From: a virus
Lineage: Duplodnaviria > Caudoviricetes
Reading direction: 5' to 3' (one strand)
Length of the DNA stretch: 52,571 nucleotides
Virus record (IMG/VR): IMGVR_UViG_3300031670_000002
Location: 1-52,571 of that record
Made by a program: the position numbers and the translations under genes. Below, piece by piece: positions 35,541 through 45,415 of this stretch (within the stretch, counting starts at the first letter, position 1; each line of letters begins with the position of its first letter). The notes under the pieces are model-generated. The model did not search any database and had not been told where the DNA came from. It saw only the letters and a list, made by a program, of their open reading frames with translations.

Positions 35541-36011
35541 TCATCGCGTGCTCAGGTCAATCGTCGGACGTGTCGGCGGTCGGAACGCCTGCCCGTAGTT
35601 CGTGGCGGACTTGTCAGGCATGAGCGCGCGCGGGATCACGCCGTCGGTATCGCGGCTGGCATCGGCGGCGTCACGGGCGGCTTTGTGCAGGTTGTAGCAC
35701 AAACCGTAGGTGAGCGTCAGGCCGTCGCGCAGGCGCACCAGCTTGCAGCCGGGATGCTCGCTGCAATACTCGGTGTAGATGCGCGCATTCTCGTCCTGGC
35801 CGCGGCGGTAGCCGATGCGCCCGGCGTCCTCACGCGCAAGTTTGAGCAGGCCAGGGATGCGCTGCTCGCAATCGTCGTAGCCGTGCTGGTACGCGGCGGC
35901 AGTCACGTCACGATCGCTCTCGGCACGGCCTTGTGCGTAGGCCCAGGCGAAGAGCGGCGTGCTGAGCAGCCACGCTTTGAAACGCGAGAGCATGGGCGCG
36001 GGTGTATTCAT
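35541..36011 (-). CDS. Hypothetical protein
   Basis: AAAGGA RBS; AY..G repeats. Confidence 0.55.
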   Translation of the reverse strand: MNTPAPMLSRFKAWLLSTPLFAWAYAQGRAESDRDVTAAAYQHGYDDCEQRIPGLLKLAREDAGRIGYRRGQDENARIYTEYCSEHPGCKLVRLRDGLTLTYGLCYNLHKAARDAADASRDTDGVIPRALMPDKSATNYGQAFRPPTRPTIDLSTR

Positions 36012-36027
36012 CGTTGAACGTCCTTTC

Positions 36028-36387
36028 CTAGTCAGGTTCAACCGGCGACCAGTTCTCAGCGGCAGAAAAATCCATCTCGGCAAGGTAGGCGAGAAATGCC
36101 GCCTTCTCGGTAAAGGGGCAGATTTTATGCGGTGTCTCGGCATAGTGTGGCTCGCCCCAGCCCTTGCCCTCGGCGGCGTCAGGGTAGGTCACGCGGTAGA
36201 TGGACAGCAGATAGGTTCCCGGCTCATCAGGGGTTGGCGGGGCATATCTCACTATCAGGCGATAAGCAAGGCGCGTTGTCACCTTGACACGAATCAGCGT
36301 GGGCATCGGGTCTTCGGAGATAAACGATTCGGCTTGATTCTGGCTACTCAGCAGAATCGCTCGTAACACGCCCATCGAAATTGACAT
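36028..36387 (-). CDS. Hypothetical protein
   Basis: AAAGGA RBS. Confidence 0.55.
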   Translation of the reverse strand: MSISMGVLRAILLSSQNQAESFISEDPMPTLIRVKVTTRLAYRLIVRYAPPTPDEPGTYLLSIYRVTYPDAAEGKGWGEPHYAETPHKICPFTEKAAFLAYLAEMDFSAAENWSPVEPD

Positions 36388-36767
36388 ACGAACATCCTTT
36401 CAAACACCCGCTTGCGCCTGTCATACAGGCAAGCGATCAACGATACAGCAACAAGCCGATGGCGATGTAGGCCACGATCACGACGGCGACGGGCAAGCTG
36501 AGCGCCACGAGTGCCGCGACGAACCGGCGATTGGTCACTTCCTCGTTCGTCCCTTCGGTAGCAATTGCAGCACAGCCCAAACGCTCGGATAACAAATCCT
36601 CAAGTAGAGTTGCACTAGTAGCAGTGCCAATTTCTCTGGGTGCTGCCGATAATATTCTACTTTGCGTTTCCCCTCTGCTGTCAGTTTATTAAATTTTCGT
36701 TCAAACTCTGTCACAATCTCACTTCCCTTCTAACCCGCCTGTGAAGCGGATTCACTGCCTGAAAAAA

Positions 36768-37043
36768 TTAAATCGCTATTTGATTTTTCTCCGGTAAGAT
36801 CGCCAGCGTTTTGCCCTCTTTCAATGCGAAATTTACCGCGTCTACCCTGTCCTCCAATGTCCAGCCTACTTTGATGTGATGCCGGATGAACTGGTCAAAT
36901 TGTTCATCGGTTGCATCTTCCACATTGACCGTTTCGCCATCCACTTGAAACAAAAATTCTTTTGCGTCAAGAAGCGTGATCTGAGGAAACGATGTGGATT
37001 TTTGATCGTCTGATTTCGGCTTTCCACTGCTCTGCTTTGTCAT
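36768..37043 (-). CDS. Hypothetical protein (low GC)
   Basis: GAGGAGG RBS. Confidence 0.65.
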   Translation of the reverse strand: MTKQSSGKPKSDDQKSTSFPQITLLDAKEFLFQVDGETVNVEDATDEQFDQFIRHHIKVGWTLEDRVDAVNFALKEGKTLAILPEKNQIAI

Positions 37044-37289
37044 GAAACTTTCCTCCTCGTTTGATGTAGTTGGTTTCGTAGTACCACTGCATGTACTCAG
37101 ACAGCCCCTGCGGCCATTTGTGACGCTCTAAACGATACAGTATGACGCTTTTTGTTTTGACTTCTGTTCGCTGTCTCCCGCGCTTTTTGTAAAACTTTGG
37201 CAGATCGGCCTGTGAAGCCCCGTGAGGTGGCAGAAAAATTAAATGATGATTTGATTTTTCCTTTGATTTTTCTGCCTCCGTTTCAGGCG

Positions 37290-38003
37290 CTACTGCCGCC
37301 CGTTCTGGTGGCTCCTGGTTTGCGGTTCGGGCGAGATCGTCCGCAAGCCCTGCGCTAAAGGGTGGGGCGGATCACCTTGCGCCTTGCGGTCGCGCTCATC
37401 CTCAGCGGCTTGCATTCGCTGTTGCAAAGGCGCGACGTTGCCTTGCCGCAAGCGCGCAATTTCAGCAAGGCTCATGCCAGGAAGCTGCTGGCGCACGCCG
37501 GTATAGAACGCGCTATCTAATTCCGTATAAAACTTGCGCTCTTCGATTTCTGGGTCAGTCGCGTTGACGTGGCCGTGAACGAGCTTGCCCAAAGCAAGAG
37601 GGACGAATACCAGCGCCTGAAACATGACCCACAAAAACGCCTTTGCTTGACCATTGCTGATGGGTAGCACGCTCATGCGATTGGCATTGATGAATGACTC
37701 AATGATCACCACCAGCGTTACCAGGAAGATAGCCCAGGCGATACGGGCAGTGGCTTTCTCGCCACGAATGCGCGCGAATATCTTATTGGCGTCGATGGCA
37801 TACTCGCGCAAGATGAAGACATACAAGCCGAGGAGCAAGAATACCAATCCCGCCAGTACACCCACGATGAACGCAGGCCAAAATCCCCAGGCTTGAAATT
37901 CATCAAACATGGCCCAGCCAGCGAGAAAACTAAACAGGGTTTCGATGATAAAGGTGAGCGTCACACCCACAAATTGGGCGACAGCTGCGCTGTGCAGTTT
38001 CAT
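37290..38003 (-). CDS. Four-TM membrane protein with soluble C-terminus
   Basis: Four hydrophobic segments; AAAGGA RBS. Confidence 0.7.
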   Translation of the reverse strand: MKLHSAAVAQFVGVTLTFIIETLFSFLAGWAMFDEFQAWGFWPAFIVGVLAGLVFLLLGLYVFILREYAIDANKIFARIRGEKATARIAWAIFLVTLVVIIESFINANRMSVLPISNGQAKAFLWVMFQALVFVPLALGKLVHGHVNATDPEIEERKFYTELDSAFYTGVRQQLPGMSLAEIARLRQGNVAPLQQRMQAAEDERDRKAQGDPPHPLAQGLRTISPEPQTRSHQNGRQ

Positions 38004-38106
38004 AGCAATGCATCCTTTCACACTTGCCCCGCCGTTCGTTCTACGGTCAGGGGATATGCCGGTCATGCTGTGATTGGGAGACCGGCGATCCCGCTTGTTG
38101 GTCGCG

Positions 38107-38445
38107 CTACGATTTCTTCGCTTTTTGCCAGGCCGTGTTGGCGCGGATCACCGCGTTGACGCATTCCTGGCAGAGATACGAGGTCTGCTGCCGCGTCTCT
38201 GCTTTCAGCGTCACTTTCTGGAGTGGTCGCGTCGCGCCACATCGTTCACACTGTCCGTTCATCGTGATCCTCGCTTTCTCGTGTCTTCGCCTTGCGTGCC
38301 GTGCGCGCCGACTTTGCCGAGAGCGCGCCTCGTCGTAGTGGCAGGCGCAGTCGAGATTTGCGCAAAATGGCCGCCAGCGCGAATGCTGTTCCGGCGGGGT
38401 CAACCAGGTACGTATGGCAGGTGCGTCGAGGTAGAGGCTGCTCAT
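38107..38445 (-). CDS. Zinc-finger hypothetical protein
   Basis: CANLDC, CERC, CQEC; coupled start. Confidence 0.55.
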   Translation of the reverse strand: MSSLYLDAPAIRTWLTPPEQHSRWRPFCANLDCACHYDEARSRQSRRARHARRRHEKARITMNGQCERCGATRPLQKVTLKAETRQQTSYLCQECVNAVIRANTAWQKAKKS

Positions 38446-38942
38446 CGCGCCACCTCGCTCTCGGACGGGGCGCTGGCTGCGATAAAGGCGTCGCATTCGC
38501 AGTCGGTCATCGGCAGCAGCCGGACGTGGCCGGCGTCGTCGCGACGGAAGATCAGGCCCATTTCGCCCACTTCGCGCTCCATCGCGGCCAGGCTGCTCCG
38601 AACCTGCGCCGCCCACGCCTGGCTGCCCGCTGGCATCGGGCTGTTGGCGACCTGGGCAAGGTGCGCATAGTGGCGCGCCGCTTTTGTGTATGCCCAGGCT
38701 GCCACCGCTGCGAAGAACGCGGGGATCGTCTCCGTCGTTATGCTGCGCGGCGAGAGGTGGCGCGGCCCGGCCCAGTAGGGAAACCATTCGCGCCGCGCGT
38801 AACGGGCGACAGCGACGCCGACACAGCCATCAGTGCTGTCGTCCGGCAACAGCATCACCACTGCGGCGCGTCTGGGCGGCAGGGCATAGCGCCGCTCCCA
38901 CCACACCGTCTGGCCGATAAAGAATTCATCTTGTTTCATCAT
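38442..38942 (-). CDS. Hypothetical protein
   Basis: AAGGAG RBS. Confidence 0.6.
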   Translation of the reverse strand: MMKQDEFFIGQTVWWERRYALPPRRAAVVMLLPDDSTDGCVGVAVARYARREWFPYWAGPRHLSPRSITTETIPAFFAAVAAWAYTKAARHYAHLAQVANSPMPAGSQAWAAQVRSSLAAMEREVGEMGLIFRRDDAGHVRLLPMTDCECDAFIAASAPSESEVAR

Positions 38943-39150
38943 TTGCTCCTTTTGCTATTTGTACACACCGAATCCGCCGTTGTACCCGGCGGCGTCGCCA
39001 GCTTGATGACGGGGCCGCTTTGCTGCCAGAGTTCGTGGCAGCGCGCGCCAGTCCGCCACGCTGATCAGGTGATAGCCTAAAAGTGTTTTCATCATTCCTC
39101 CATTTTCCGCGTCGCTGGCGTTTCAGGGGTTCGTCGCCAGCGATGCTACA

Positions 39151-39426
39151 CTAATCATTTACAGCATCGTTATCCTCGTACACAGTGCCGTCATCCTCCG
39201 GGAGAATGACCGTTGCGACCACCAATCGCTTGTCTTCATGGTTGGTATCTTGCCAGTAGCGATTGATACCAGCCACCAGCGATGCCCGGCGTTCTTCACG
39301 CGGCTTGATCACGGTGTTGGCATACTCGATATCCGCTAATCGTTCCGCCTCCAGGCAAACTGGGCAATTGCAATAGTAGCCCGTCTGCCGGTAGAAATCG
39401 CCAGCTTGCTCACAGGGATAGGCCAT
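39151..39426 (-). CDS. Hypothetical Cys-containing protein
   Basis: GGAG RBS. Confidence 0.55.
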   Translation of the reverse strand: MAYPCEQAGDFYRQTGYYCNCPVCLEAERLADIEYANTVIKPREERRASLVAGINRYWQDTNHEDKRLVVATVILPEDDGTVYEDNDAVND

Positions 39427-39548
39427 CGTTTATTCTCCATTTCTTGCTATCTTCAATTTTTCGTGCCATGCAACCGGTTCCATTTGCCTTGTTCGTTCGC
39501 ACGCCACGTTGCGCTCCGTCTCGGCCCAAATTTGCCGCTGCGGCGCAT

Positions 39549-40364
39549 TTACGCCCATAAGCCGTCGCGGAAGTCCGTGCCGTTCATGGCGGCGTCGATC
39601 TGCCCGATCTTCAGCCGCGAGCAGAACGCGCCGCCCACAAACTTTTCCAGTTCGTCTAAGCGGTTCGTGCTGATGGCCGTCGGACGATGGTCGTTCACGC
39701 GCGCGTCGAGAATTTCCAGAAAAATCTCATTGCGGAACGCGCTGGGGTTGGCCTTGTCGATATCGTCGATCACGAACAGCCCGGCGCGGATAGCGCGTGA
39801 CACCAGCACGCCGTAATCCTCGTCTTTGGCGTTGATGCGCGCCTGAATCGCGGCAAACAGTTTCGAGGCCGTCGTGAACAACGCGGAAAGGTTGCGCTCG
39901 GCCATGACGGCGTTGCAGACTGCCGCGAGCAGGTGCGTCTTGCCCGTGCCGTAGGAGCCGTGCAGGATGAGCGAGCCTTTGCAGTCGCCCACAAACAGGC
40001 GGGCGGCGTCATACGCGTCAGGCTGCCGGGCGCGATCAAAGGTGGCGAAGGACTTGGCGGCCAGCGCCGTGTCTCGCCAGCGCGTGCCGAGCCAGGTGTA
40101 GCAGTTCGCGGCATAGGCGGCGCGTTGGGTCGCCAGTTGCGCATCGCGGTCGCGGGCAGCGCGGGCGTCCTGTTCGCAGGCGCATTGCTCGCGGATGTAG
40201 CGGCGCACACCGTACATCTCGACGGCTTTGGGCGGCACGACGACGCCGCAGGTCGGACAGGTCGCGGTCGCTTCGTCTGGCGTCTGCGGATAGGCCAGGA
40301 AACGCGACTTGAAGTTGGGAAACGGCGAGACGGCGGAGGCGTGCTGCATGGGTGTGCTGTTCAT
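39549..40364 (-). CDS. DnaC/IstB-like helicase loader ATPase
   Basis: N-terminal Zn motif; Walker A GSYGTGKT, Walker B FVIDDID, ISTN. Confidence 0.9.
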   Translation of the reverse strand: MNSTPMQHASAVSPFPNFKSRFLAYPQTPDEATATCPTCGVVVPPKAVEMYGVRRYIREQCACEQDARAARDRDAQLATQRAAYAANCYTWLGTRWRDTALAAKSFATFDRARQPDAYDAARLFVGDCKGSLILHGSYGTGKTHLLAAVCNAVMAERNLSALFTTASKLFAAIQARINAKDEDYGVLVSRAIRAGLFVIDDIDKANPSAFRNEIFLEILDARVNDHRPTAISTNRLDELEKFVGGAFCSRLKIGQIDAAMNGTDFRDGLWA

Positions 40365-41734
40365 GGCGCTGTCCTTCCCGGCGTTGCGGATAACGCCGCC
40401 TGTTTGGCCGCCACACGCGCTTTGGCGGCGTCGATATTTTTCTGGCGCTGCTCAAGGCTGACCAACGGGCCGCGCCCTGTCGCGTTGGCGGTGTCTGGCG
40501 CGGCAGGACGGTGTGCCTGCTCGCGCTTGAGGTACTTGCGGATGTTGTTGGCAACATCGCAGATGTCACAGCCGCCCAGCGCGACGTAGTACGGATCGGC
40601 CTCCATCACGCCGCGGATACGGATCACGGTCGCCTCGTCGAACTGCTCGGCTAAGCCTTTGGCGCACGTCGAGGCTTGCATGAGCTTGTATGTGCTGATG
40701 GGAATGCCGCCGCGCCAATAGTCAAACCACGCCTGGCACTTGCGCGTCCCCCAGGGCATGTCGGCAGTCGGCATCGCTGGCGGGCCTTTGGGCGTATCCG
40801 CCGGGTCGGCTTTGGCTTTGCGGGCGGGTTTCACGGCGGGCAGCGCCGGGTTCGTCGGCGGCTTCTCAGGGTGCGGCGGCGTCGTGTTGACGTTTGCCCC
40901 CGGCGCAACAGGCGCGCGCTGTCCGAACGCCGCCTGCTCGCCAGTGTGTCCAGTGTCAGGCGCAACCGAAACCGCCGGTAACACCTGCTGGGGGGACTGG
41001 ACAAGCGCGAGAGATGTATGTTGAGACGCCGTCTCAGGTCGCGGCATCGCTGGCAAGCGCGGAATCGTCTCTTCGGCATCGTCCTCAAACGAGAGAGGCG
41101 CTGAGAGAGCATCCGGCGCATGTGGCGCATCGGCGCTAGCCGTGCGCAATGAATCGCTCTTTCTTGATTCTTCTTGTTTCTTCTTCTCTTCTTTAAGATT
41201 CTTGTGGTCGGGCAAAAGTGCCAGTGACGCCGCGCGTGGGCAAGGCTTACGGCCTCTTTTAGAATTAGCAATATTTCTAAATGGAATTAGCAATTTTTCC
41301 AATTGAATTGGAACTTTTTCTAATTCAATTAGCAATTTTTCCAATTGTTCTGGAAAAAGTTCCAATTGTTTGCGCATTGCAGCAATTAGAAAAAGTTCTA
41401 ATTGTTTGCTGTTACTGGCAAGATCAATCGCGCGCTGTGTCCTATCGAGATGCACGGTGTAAGCATAGCGATAGGACGCTCCGTCAGTCTCCAGGAAGCC
41501 GAGTAAGCGCAAAAGTGGCACGGCGGTATTGTGGAGCGTCTTTACGCAGACTTCCTCGCATAGCCCGTCGATCAGTTCCTCTTGTGTGCAAGAAAAGCTG
41601 TAGGTTGTCTCTTCGCAACCATTCGCGCGAAAGAGCAGATAGGCAAGCAGTTTCGCGGCGGGCTTCACGCCCATGCAGACTTTATTGAAGCAAGGGCGCA
41701 CCTGCAAGAATCGTTCATTCTCAGGGTATTTCAT
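40361..41734 (-). CDS. Replication initiator protein
   Basis: Winged-helix-like N-terminus, internal DNA repeats, coupled to the DnaC-like gene. Confidence 0.75.
   Translation of the reverse strand: MKYPENERFLQVRPCFNKVCMGVKPAAKLLAYLLFRANGCEETTYSFSCTQEELIDGLCEEVCVKTLHNTAVPLLRLLGFLETDGASYRYAYTVHLDRTQRAIDLASNSKQLELFLIAAMRKQLELFPEQLEKLLIELEKVPIQLEKLLIPFRNIANSKRGRKPCPRAASLALLPDHKNLKEEKKKQEESRKSDSLRTASADAPHAPDALSAPLSFEDDAEETIPRLPAMPRPETASQHTSLALVQSPQQVLPAVSVAPDTGHTGEQAAFGQRAPVAPGANVNTTPPHPEKPPTNPALPAVKPARKAKADPADTPKGPPAMPTADMPWGTRKCQAWFDYWRGGIPISTYKLMQASTCAKGLAEQFDEATVIRIRGVMEADPYYVALGGCDICDVANNIRKYLKREQAHRPAAPDTANATGRGPLVSLEQRQKNIDAAKARVAAKQAALSATPGRTAP
41263..41409. repeat. AT-rich ~21-bp iteron-like repeats (candidate replication origin)
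   Basis: aattagcaatttttccaattg twice plus related gaaaaagttc(c/t)aattgtttg units inside the initiator gene. Confidence 0.75.
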
Positions 41735-41952
41735 CCTTGCGCCCCGCTTTCTCGATAGGCGATCTCCGATATCTGCGCTTCCTTGAGATACCCCCGCGCG
41801 ATATCCGCCACAATGAATCCGACGTGCCGCTCACACAGCGCGACGCGCATCCCGTCAATCGTCATCAGCATATAGGCGTCGTTTGGGCAGGACACCTCTT
41901 CTCCAATATCCGCAGTGCAGCGCAGCACGCGCGCACGTTGTTGTTTGTTCAT
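41731..41952 (-). CDS. Hypothetical protein
   Basis: ATGA-coupled to the initiator gene. Confidence 0.5.
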   Translation of the reverse strand: MNKQQRARVLRCTADIGEEVSCPNDAYMLMTIDGMRVALCERHVGFIVADIARGYLKEAQISEIAYRESGAQG

Positions 41953-42139
41953 AGTAATCCCCCACGATGAAAATAGACAATCATACGTATTCCCTCTCGA
42001 CGCCGCTCCTTGCCATCGTCGCTCGCATGTGCGAAAATGGCAACAGGATAGCGGCGCATCAATCACAAACGGCTACGACTTTGCCGGTGTGAGCCGTTTG
42101 TGATGCTGCTATCTGGCAAACCAAAGTGATTTGCCTCAG

Positions 42140-42331
42140 TTATTTGGTTTGTTGTCTCTTCTTTTGTTCCTCCACATACCGTTCTAAGTCCTCTTTGGTC
42201 ACGCGCCAAACGCCCCCCACTTTGAAGCCGATCAGTCGTTTTTGTCGGAGTAACTTTTGGATGGTATCTGGAGTCACTTTCAGTTCTGTAGCGATTTCCT
42301 CCACAGTCAAGTAATTGTCCATGACGATCAT
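42140..42331 (-). CDS. Excisionase-like HTH (HTH_17/MerR-type) protein
   Basis: YLTVEEIATELKV...GFKVGGVWRV. Confidence 0.88.
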   Translation of the reverse strand: MIVMDNYLTVEEIATELKVTPDTIQKLLRQKRLIGFKVGGVWRVTKEDLERYVEEQKKRQQTK

Positions 42332-42481
42332 GGCTACCTCCTCTCATCGATGTGAGGCATACCCACATCATAGCACACATTCCTGAAAAGCACAAGGAAA
42401 AACGCCTTACATCACCCTGTTGTGCCGTGAAACGTCGTGTCTCCGGTACGTACCGTTCGCTCATTTCATCGAAATAGCCCA

Positions 42482-42697
42482 TCATGACACCGCCTCACTC
42501 TCAATAAGCATCCCCTGTACCGGCGTGTTGTGCGTCTTCACGGCCCAGGCCAGGCGCGTGCGCGCATTGGAGAGATCGGCGGCTATTTGCTCATGCTGCT
42601 GATAGGTCAGGAAACCGGACTGATACAACGCCAGCACGTCCTCGCGCACGTTGCCGATCTCCTCACAAAGCTTGTTCGCCAATTCGCTGTCGTTCAC
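42482..42697 (-). CDS. Hypothetical protein
   Basis: GAGGTG RBS; coupled. Confidence 0.5.
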   Translation of the reverse strand: MNDSELANKLCEEIGNVREDVLALYQSGFLTYQQHEQIAADLSNARTRLAWAVKTHNTPVQGMLIESEAVS

Positions 42698-43155
42698 GGC
42701 GTCACCTCACTTTCATACGCCTTGTTCCACTTGCGCGCAAGGTAGGACGCCCGGCGGCGCGGATACAGGCCGTACACGTCGCCTGTCTGCCGATCCACGA
42801 TCTGATAGCCGTCGATCACACCTTCCCGCATATCGTAGTGCGCCCGTGTGCTATAGCGGCGTTTGGTGGGCGCGGCAAAGTGCGCGGTGTAGTAGGCGTC
42901 GTTATAGGCGTGTTTGCGCGCCCGTTGACAGGCAGGACAGTATTTCGCCTTGCCCACAAGCTCCGTCTGGCACTCGCAACACTGCCCGCGCGGGCGTGTC
43001 ACCGCGCGCGGACCGTCGGCATCGGCGTGCAGTTCGCCGCGCACAATCTTGCTAATCGTGCATTGCGCCATGTGGTAGCGCGCCGCGATCTCGCGTTGGC
43101 GGATACCGAGCGCGTATAATTCGCGGATTTCGGCGGCGCGATCTGCGGTGATCAT
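42694..43155 (-). CDS. HTH plus zinc-finger protein
   Basis: IRQREIAARYHMAQCTISKIVRG; CCEC...CPAC. Confidence 0.7.
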   Translation of the reverse strand: MITADRAAEIRELYALGIRQREIAARYHMAQCTISKIVRGELHADADGPRAVTRPRGQCCECQTELVGKAKYCPACQRARKHAYNDAYYTAHFAAPTKRRYSTRAHYDMREGVIDGYQIVDRQTGDVYGLYPRRRASYLARKWNKAYESEVTP

Positions 43156-43526
43156 CGCGTCGCCTCGCCTTCGCACACATGCGCGCCGCCGCCAGCCACA
43201 ATGCGCGCGCAACACATCCCGCAGTAGCAATGCACCGGGTGGTGAAAGAATATGGCGCACATGTGGCACAGCTCGCTATGCGCCACGTCGGTGAGCGCGC
43301 GGTGCTTGCCACAGGTGACACAGTAGCGCGTGGCATGGCACTCTACGTAGGCTGTCAGATCGCCTTGCAGCAGCGCCATGTAGTGCTGATCGCAATAGCA
43401 ATACCCCGGCTGATCGGGGAGCGCATGCAGCGCCATATCGCCACAAAAGCGCTGCGCATCGCTCAGGTAGTAGCCACACACCGGCGCAAGCCTCGTGCTG
43501 TCTCCGTGCTGCTGATCTGCCGTCAT
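43152..43526 (-). CDS. Cys/His-rich hypothetical protein
   Basis: Multiple CxxC; coupled. Confidence 0.55.
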   Translation of the reverse strand: MTADQQHGDSTRLAPVCGYYLSDAQRFCGDMALHALPDQPGYCYCDQHYMALLQGDLTAYVECHATRYCVTCGKHRALTDVAHSELCHMCAIFFHHPVHCYCGMCCARIVAGGGAHVCEGEATR

Positions 43527-43813
43527 GCCGACACCTCCACACTTCCACTTGACCCCATCTGGACATTCGCCAACTCAGCCATGCGCTCATAAAGCGCGAT
43601 TTCCCTTCTCACATTGGAATTGATACCTTTTTCGGATTGCATTCGCTTCCAGGTCGGGTAGTTCAGCGCGGGTATTCCCGCGCTTTTAAGCGGTTCGGCG
43701 ATCTTTTCCTGGTATGCCTGATACCAGGCGGTATAGAGCATCTCTGCTGTCAGCCCTGTCTGCTGACCTGCACGCGGCGCGTGTATATCGAAGAGTTGAG
43801 GCTGGTCGATCAT
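43523..43813 (-). CDS. Hypothetical protein
   Basis: Coupled ORF. Confidence 0.55.
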   Translation of the reverse strand: MIDQPQLFDIHAPRAGQQTGLTAEMLYTAWYQAYQEKIAEPLKSAGIPALNYPTWKRMQSEKGINSNVRREIALYERMAELANVQMGSSGSVEVSA

Positions 43814-44031
43814 CCCACCACCGCCATTTCTCCCGTAGGCGTGTCGTCCCAGCGCCCGATCACGTCGGGATACCAGTCGATCAGCGCCTGCTCGACGGTG
43901 ATCGCGCCCGCTTCGAGCAGCGCGATCAACTCGTCGGACAGGCCGTCATGCCGCGTCACGACATCAGGCGCGTGGCGTTGGTACTCGGCAAAGTGGCGCG
44001 CCCACTCGGCATCGGACAGGCCATCGGTCAT
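43810..44031 (-). CDS. Hypothetical protein
   Basis: GGAGG RBS; coupled. Confidence 0.55.
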   Translation of the reverse strand: MTDGLSDAEWARHFAEYQRHAPDVVTRHDGLSDELIALLEAGAITVEQALIDWYPDVIGRWDDTPTGEMAVVG

Positions 44032-44291
44032 TGCGCCGCCTCCGTTCTGGCCTCATACCTCTTACAAGCAGGCCACGCCGCTTTATGATCGCTGGCTTTT
44101 CCGTGCGTGATTTTGCGCAAATTGCACTTGCGGTAGGTCTGATCGTGGTAGCGCAGGCGCACAAAATGCACACAATCCTTGCACGTCGCCCCGTCCGGCC
44201 CATAGCCGAACACCAGCATCGGATTCTCGCCTTTGGCCGGCACAATGCCGATTGGCGCGCCGTCCCAGCCGCGCACGATTTTAGCCACCAT
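44028..44291 (-). CDS. Cys-containing hypothetical protein
   Basis: CKDC...C...AC; GGAGG RBS. Confidence 0.6.
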   Translation of the reverse strand: MVAKIVRGWDGAPIGIVPAKGENPMLVFGYGPDGATCKDCVHFVRLRYHDQTYRKCNLRKITHGKASDHKAAWPACKRYEARTEAAQ

Positions 44292-44529
44292 CCGCCTCCC
44301 GTTCCTCGCGCAGCCGTATCGTCGTCAGCATGTCCTCCACATGCCGCTGCGCCTCTTGCGCCGCATCACGCGAGACGCGGAGGTACTGGCGCACGCCGAT
44401 CATCTGGTCGCGCTCGGCATCGCTGCACGCGGCATCGCTCATTGCCATCTCGATAGCGCGCATGGCCGCCGAGATCTGATCGATCTCGCGGTTGATAGCG
44501 GTCTGCGCTCGCTGGAGGTGTTCTCTCAT
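44281..44529 (-). CDS. Coiled-coil hypothetical protein
   Basis: GGAGG RBS. Confidence 0.55.
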   Translation of the reverse strand: MREHLQRAQTAINREIDQISAAMRAIEMAMSDAACSDAERDQMIGVRQYLRVSRDAAQEAQRHVEDMLTTIRLREEREADGG

Positions 44530-44765
44530 TGCGCACCTCCCAGCAACCGCCGCGTGGTATACCTGCACCACATGTCGGATTGCAGCACGCTATACAGCGA
44601 CGGCGTGCGTGTGGTAGAATGCTGCTGAGGCACAATGGCCTCAATACCAAATCGATTAACGAATGAAGTAATTCCTGAGTGTTGTACGGCGGGTTGACCC
44701 CCGCCATTTTTTGTGTCCTGTGACACGCTGATACCCCTTTCTGTGTGTCCCCCAAAGAGGCTATA

Positions 44766-44794
44766 TTGACGTAGAGGTTTCTCTACGGTATACT
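44766..44794 (+). promoter_or_regulatory. sigma70 promoter with an internal palindrome
   Basis: TTGACG-N17-TATACT; CGTAGAG-GTTT-CTCTACG. Confidence 0.7.
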
Positions 44795-44816
44795 CTCTTT
44801 GTGGCTGTTTGTTGAC

Positions 44817-44863
44817 GACACCCGTTTCCCCACCCGCGAAGACAGGGAAGCGGGTGTCTTTTT
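44817..44863 (+). terminator. Intrinsic terminator
   Basis: 14-bp stem gacacccgtttccc/gggaagcgggtgtc followed by TTTTT. Confidence 0.75.
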
Positions 44864-44864
44864 G

Positions 44865-45080
44865 TTAATCGCCCTCTTCTTCGTCTTCTTTCTGCGGATA
44901 GGAATGGGTGCGAACATAGGCGTCGAGCGCACTTTGGGAAATGCGATACTGATTGCGCACGCGAATCGCCCCTAATTCTCCATCGTCGATCATACGTCGG
45001 ATCGTGCGCCCCGTCACGCGGAGTCGCTTTGCCAGTTCCTCAACGGTGTAGAGATGTTCATCTGTCATTGTTACGCTCAT
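44865..45080 (-). CDS. Excisionase-like HTH (HTH_17) protein
   Basis: LYTVEELAKRLRVTGRTIRRMI...IRVRNQYRI. Confidence 0.88.
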   Translation of the reverse strand: MSVTMTDEHLYTVEELAKRLRVTGRTIRRMIDDGELGAIRVRNQYRISQSALDAYVRTHSYPQKEDEEEGD

Positions 45081-45415
45081 ATTCCCTTGTCCTATCTGTC
45101 CGAAAACACGTAAAGATGCATAAACAAAGCATATCATACCGATCTGGAAATTGCAAGCCCCTCTGCGCCCAATTTCCAGGCGGTTGCGATTTCTCTACAA
45201 ACTGCTATGCAAAGTGGTTGAGAAACGCGGTAGTGTGGTGATGATTTTAACTTTTGGGGATGTGCTGCGTCTTTAGAAGTAGACAGGCGAGTAGCGCGGC
45301 ATGGTAGAATGTCCCTGAGCGCAGGTGTTGCGCTTTTTTGTATCGTAACCTTTACGGGCCAATAACACTCGACACACGCCGCCAGGGATTTGCAGCCCGG
45401 CGGCGTTGCTCGTTA

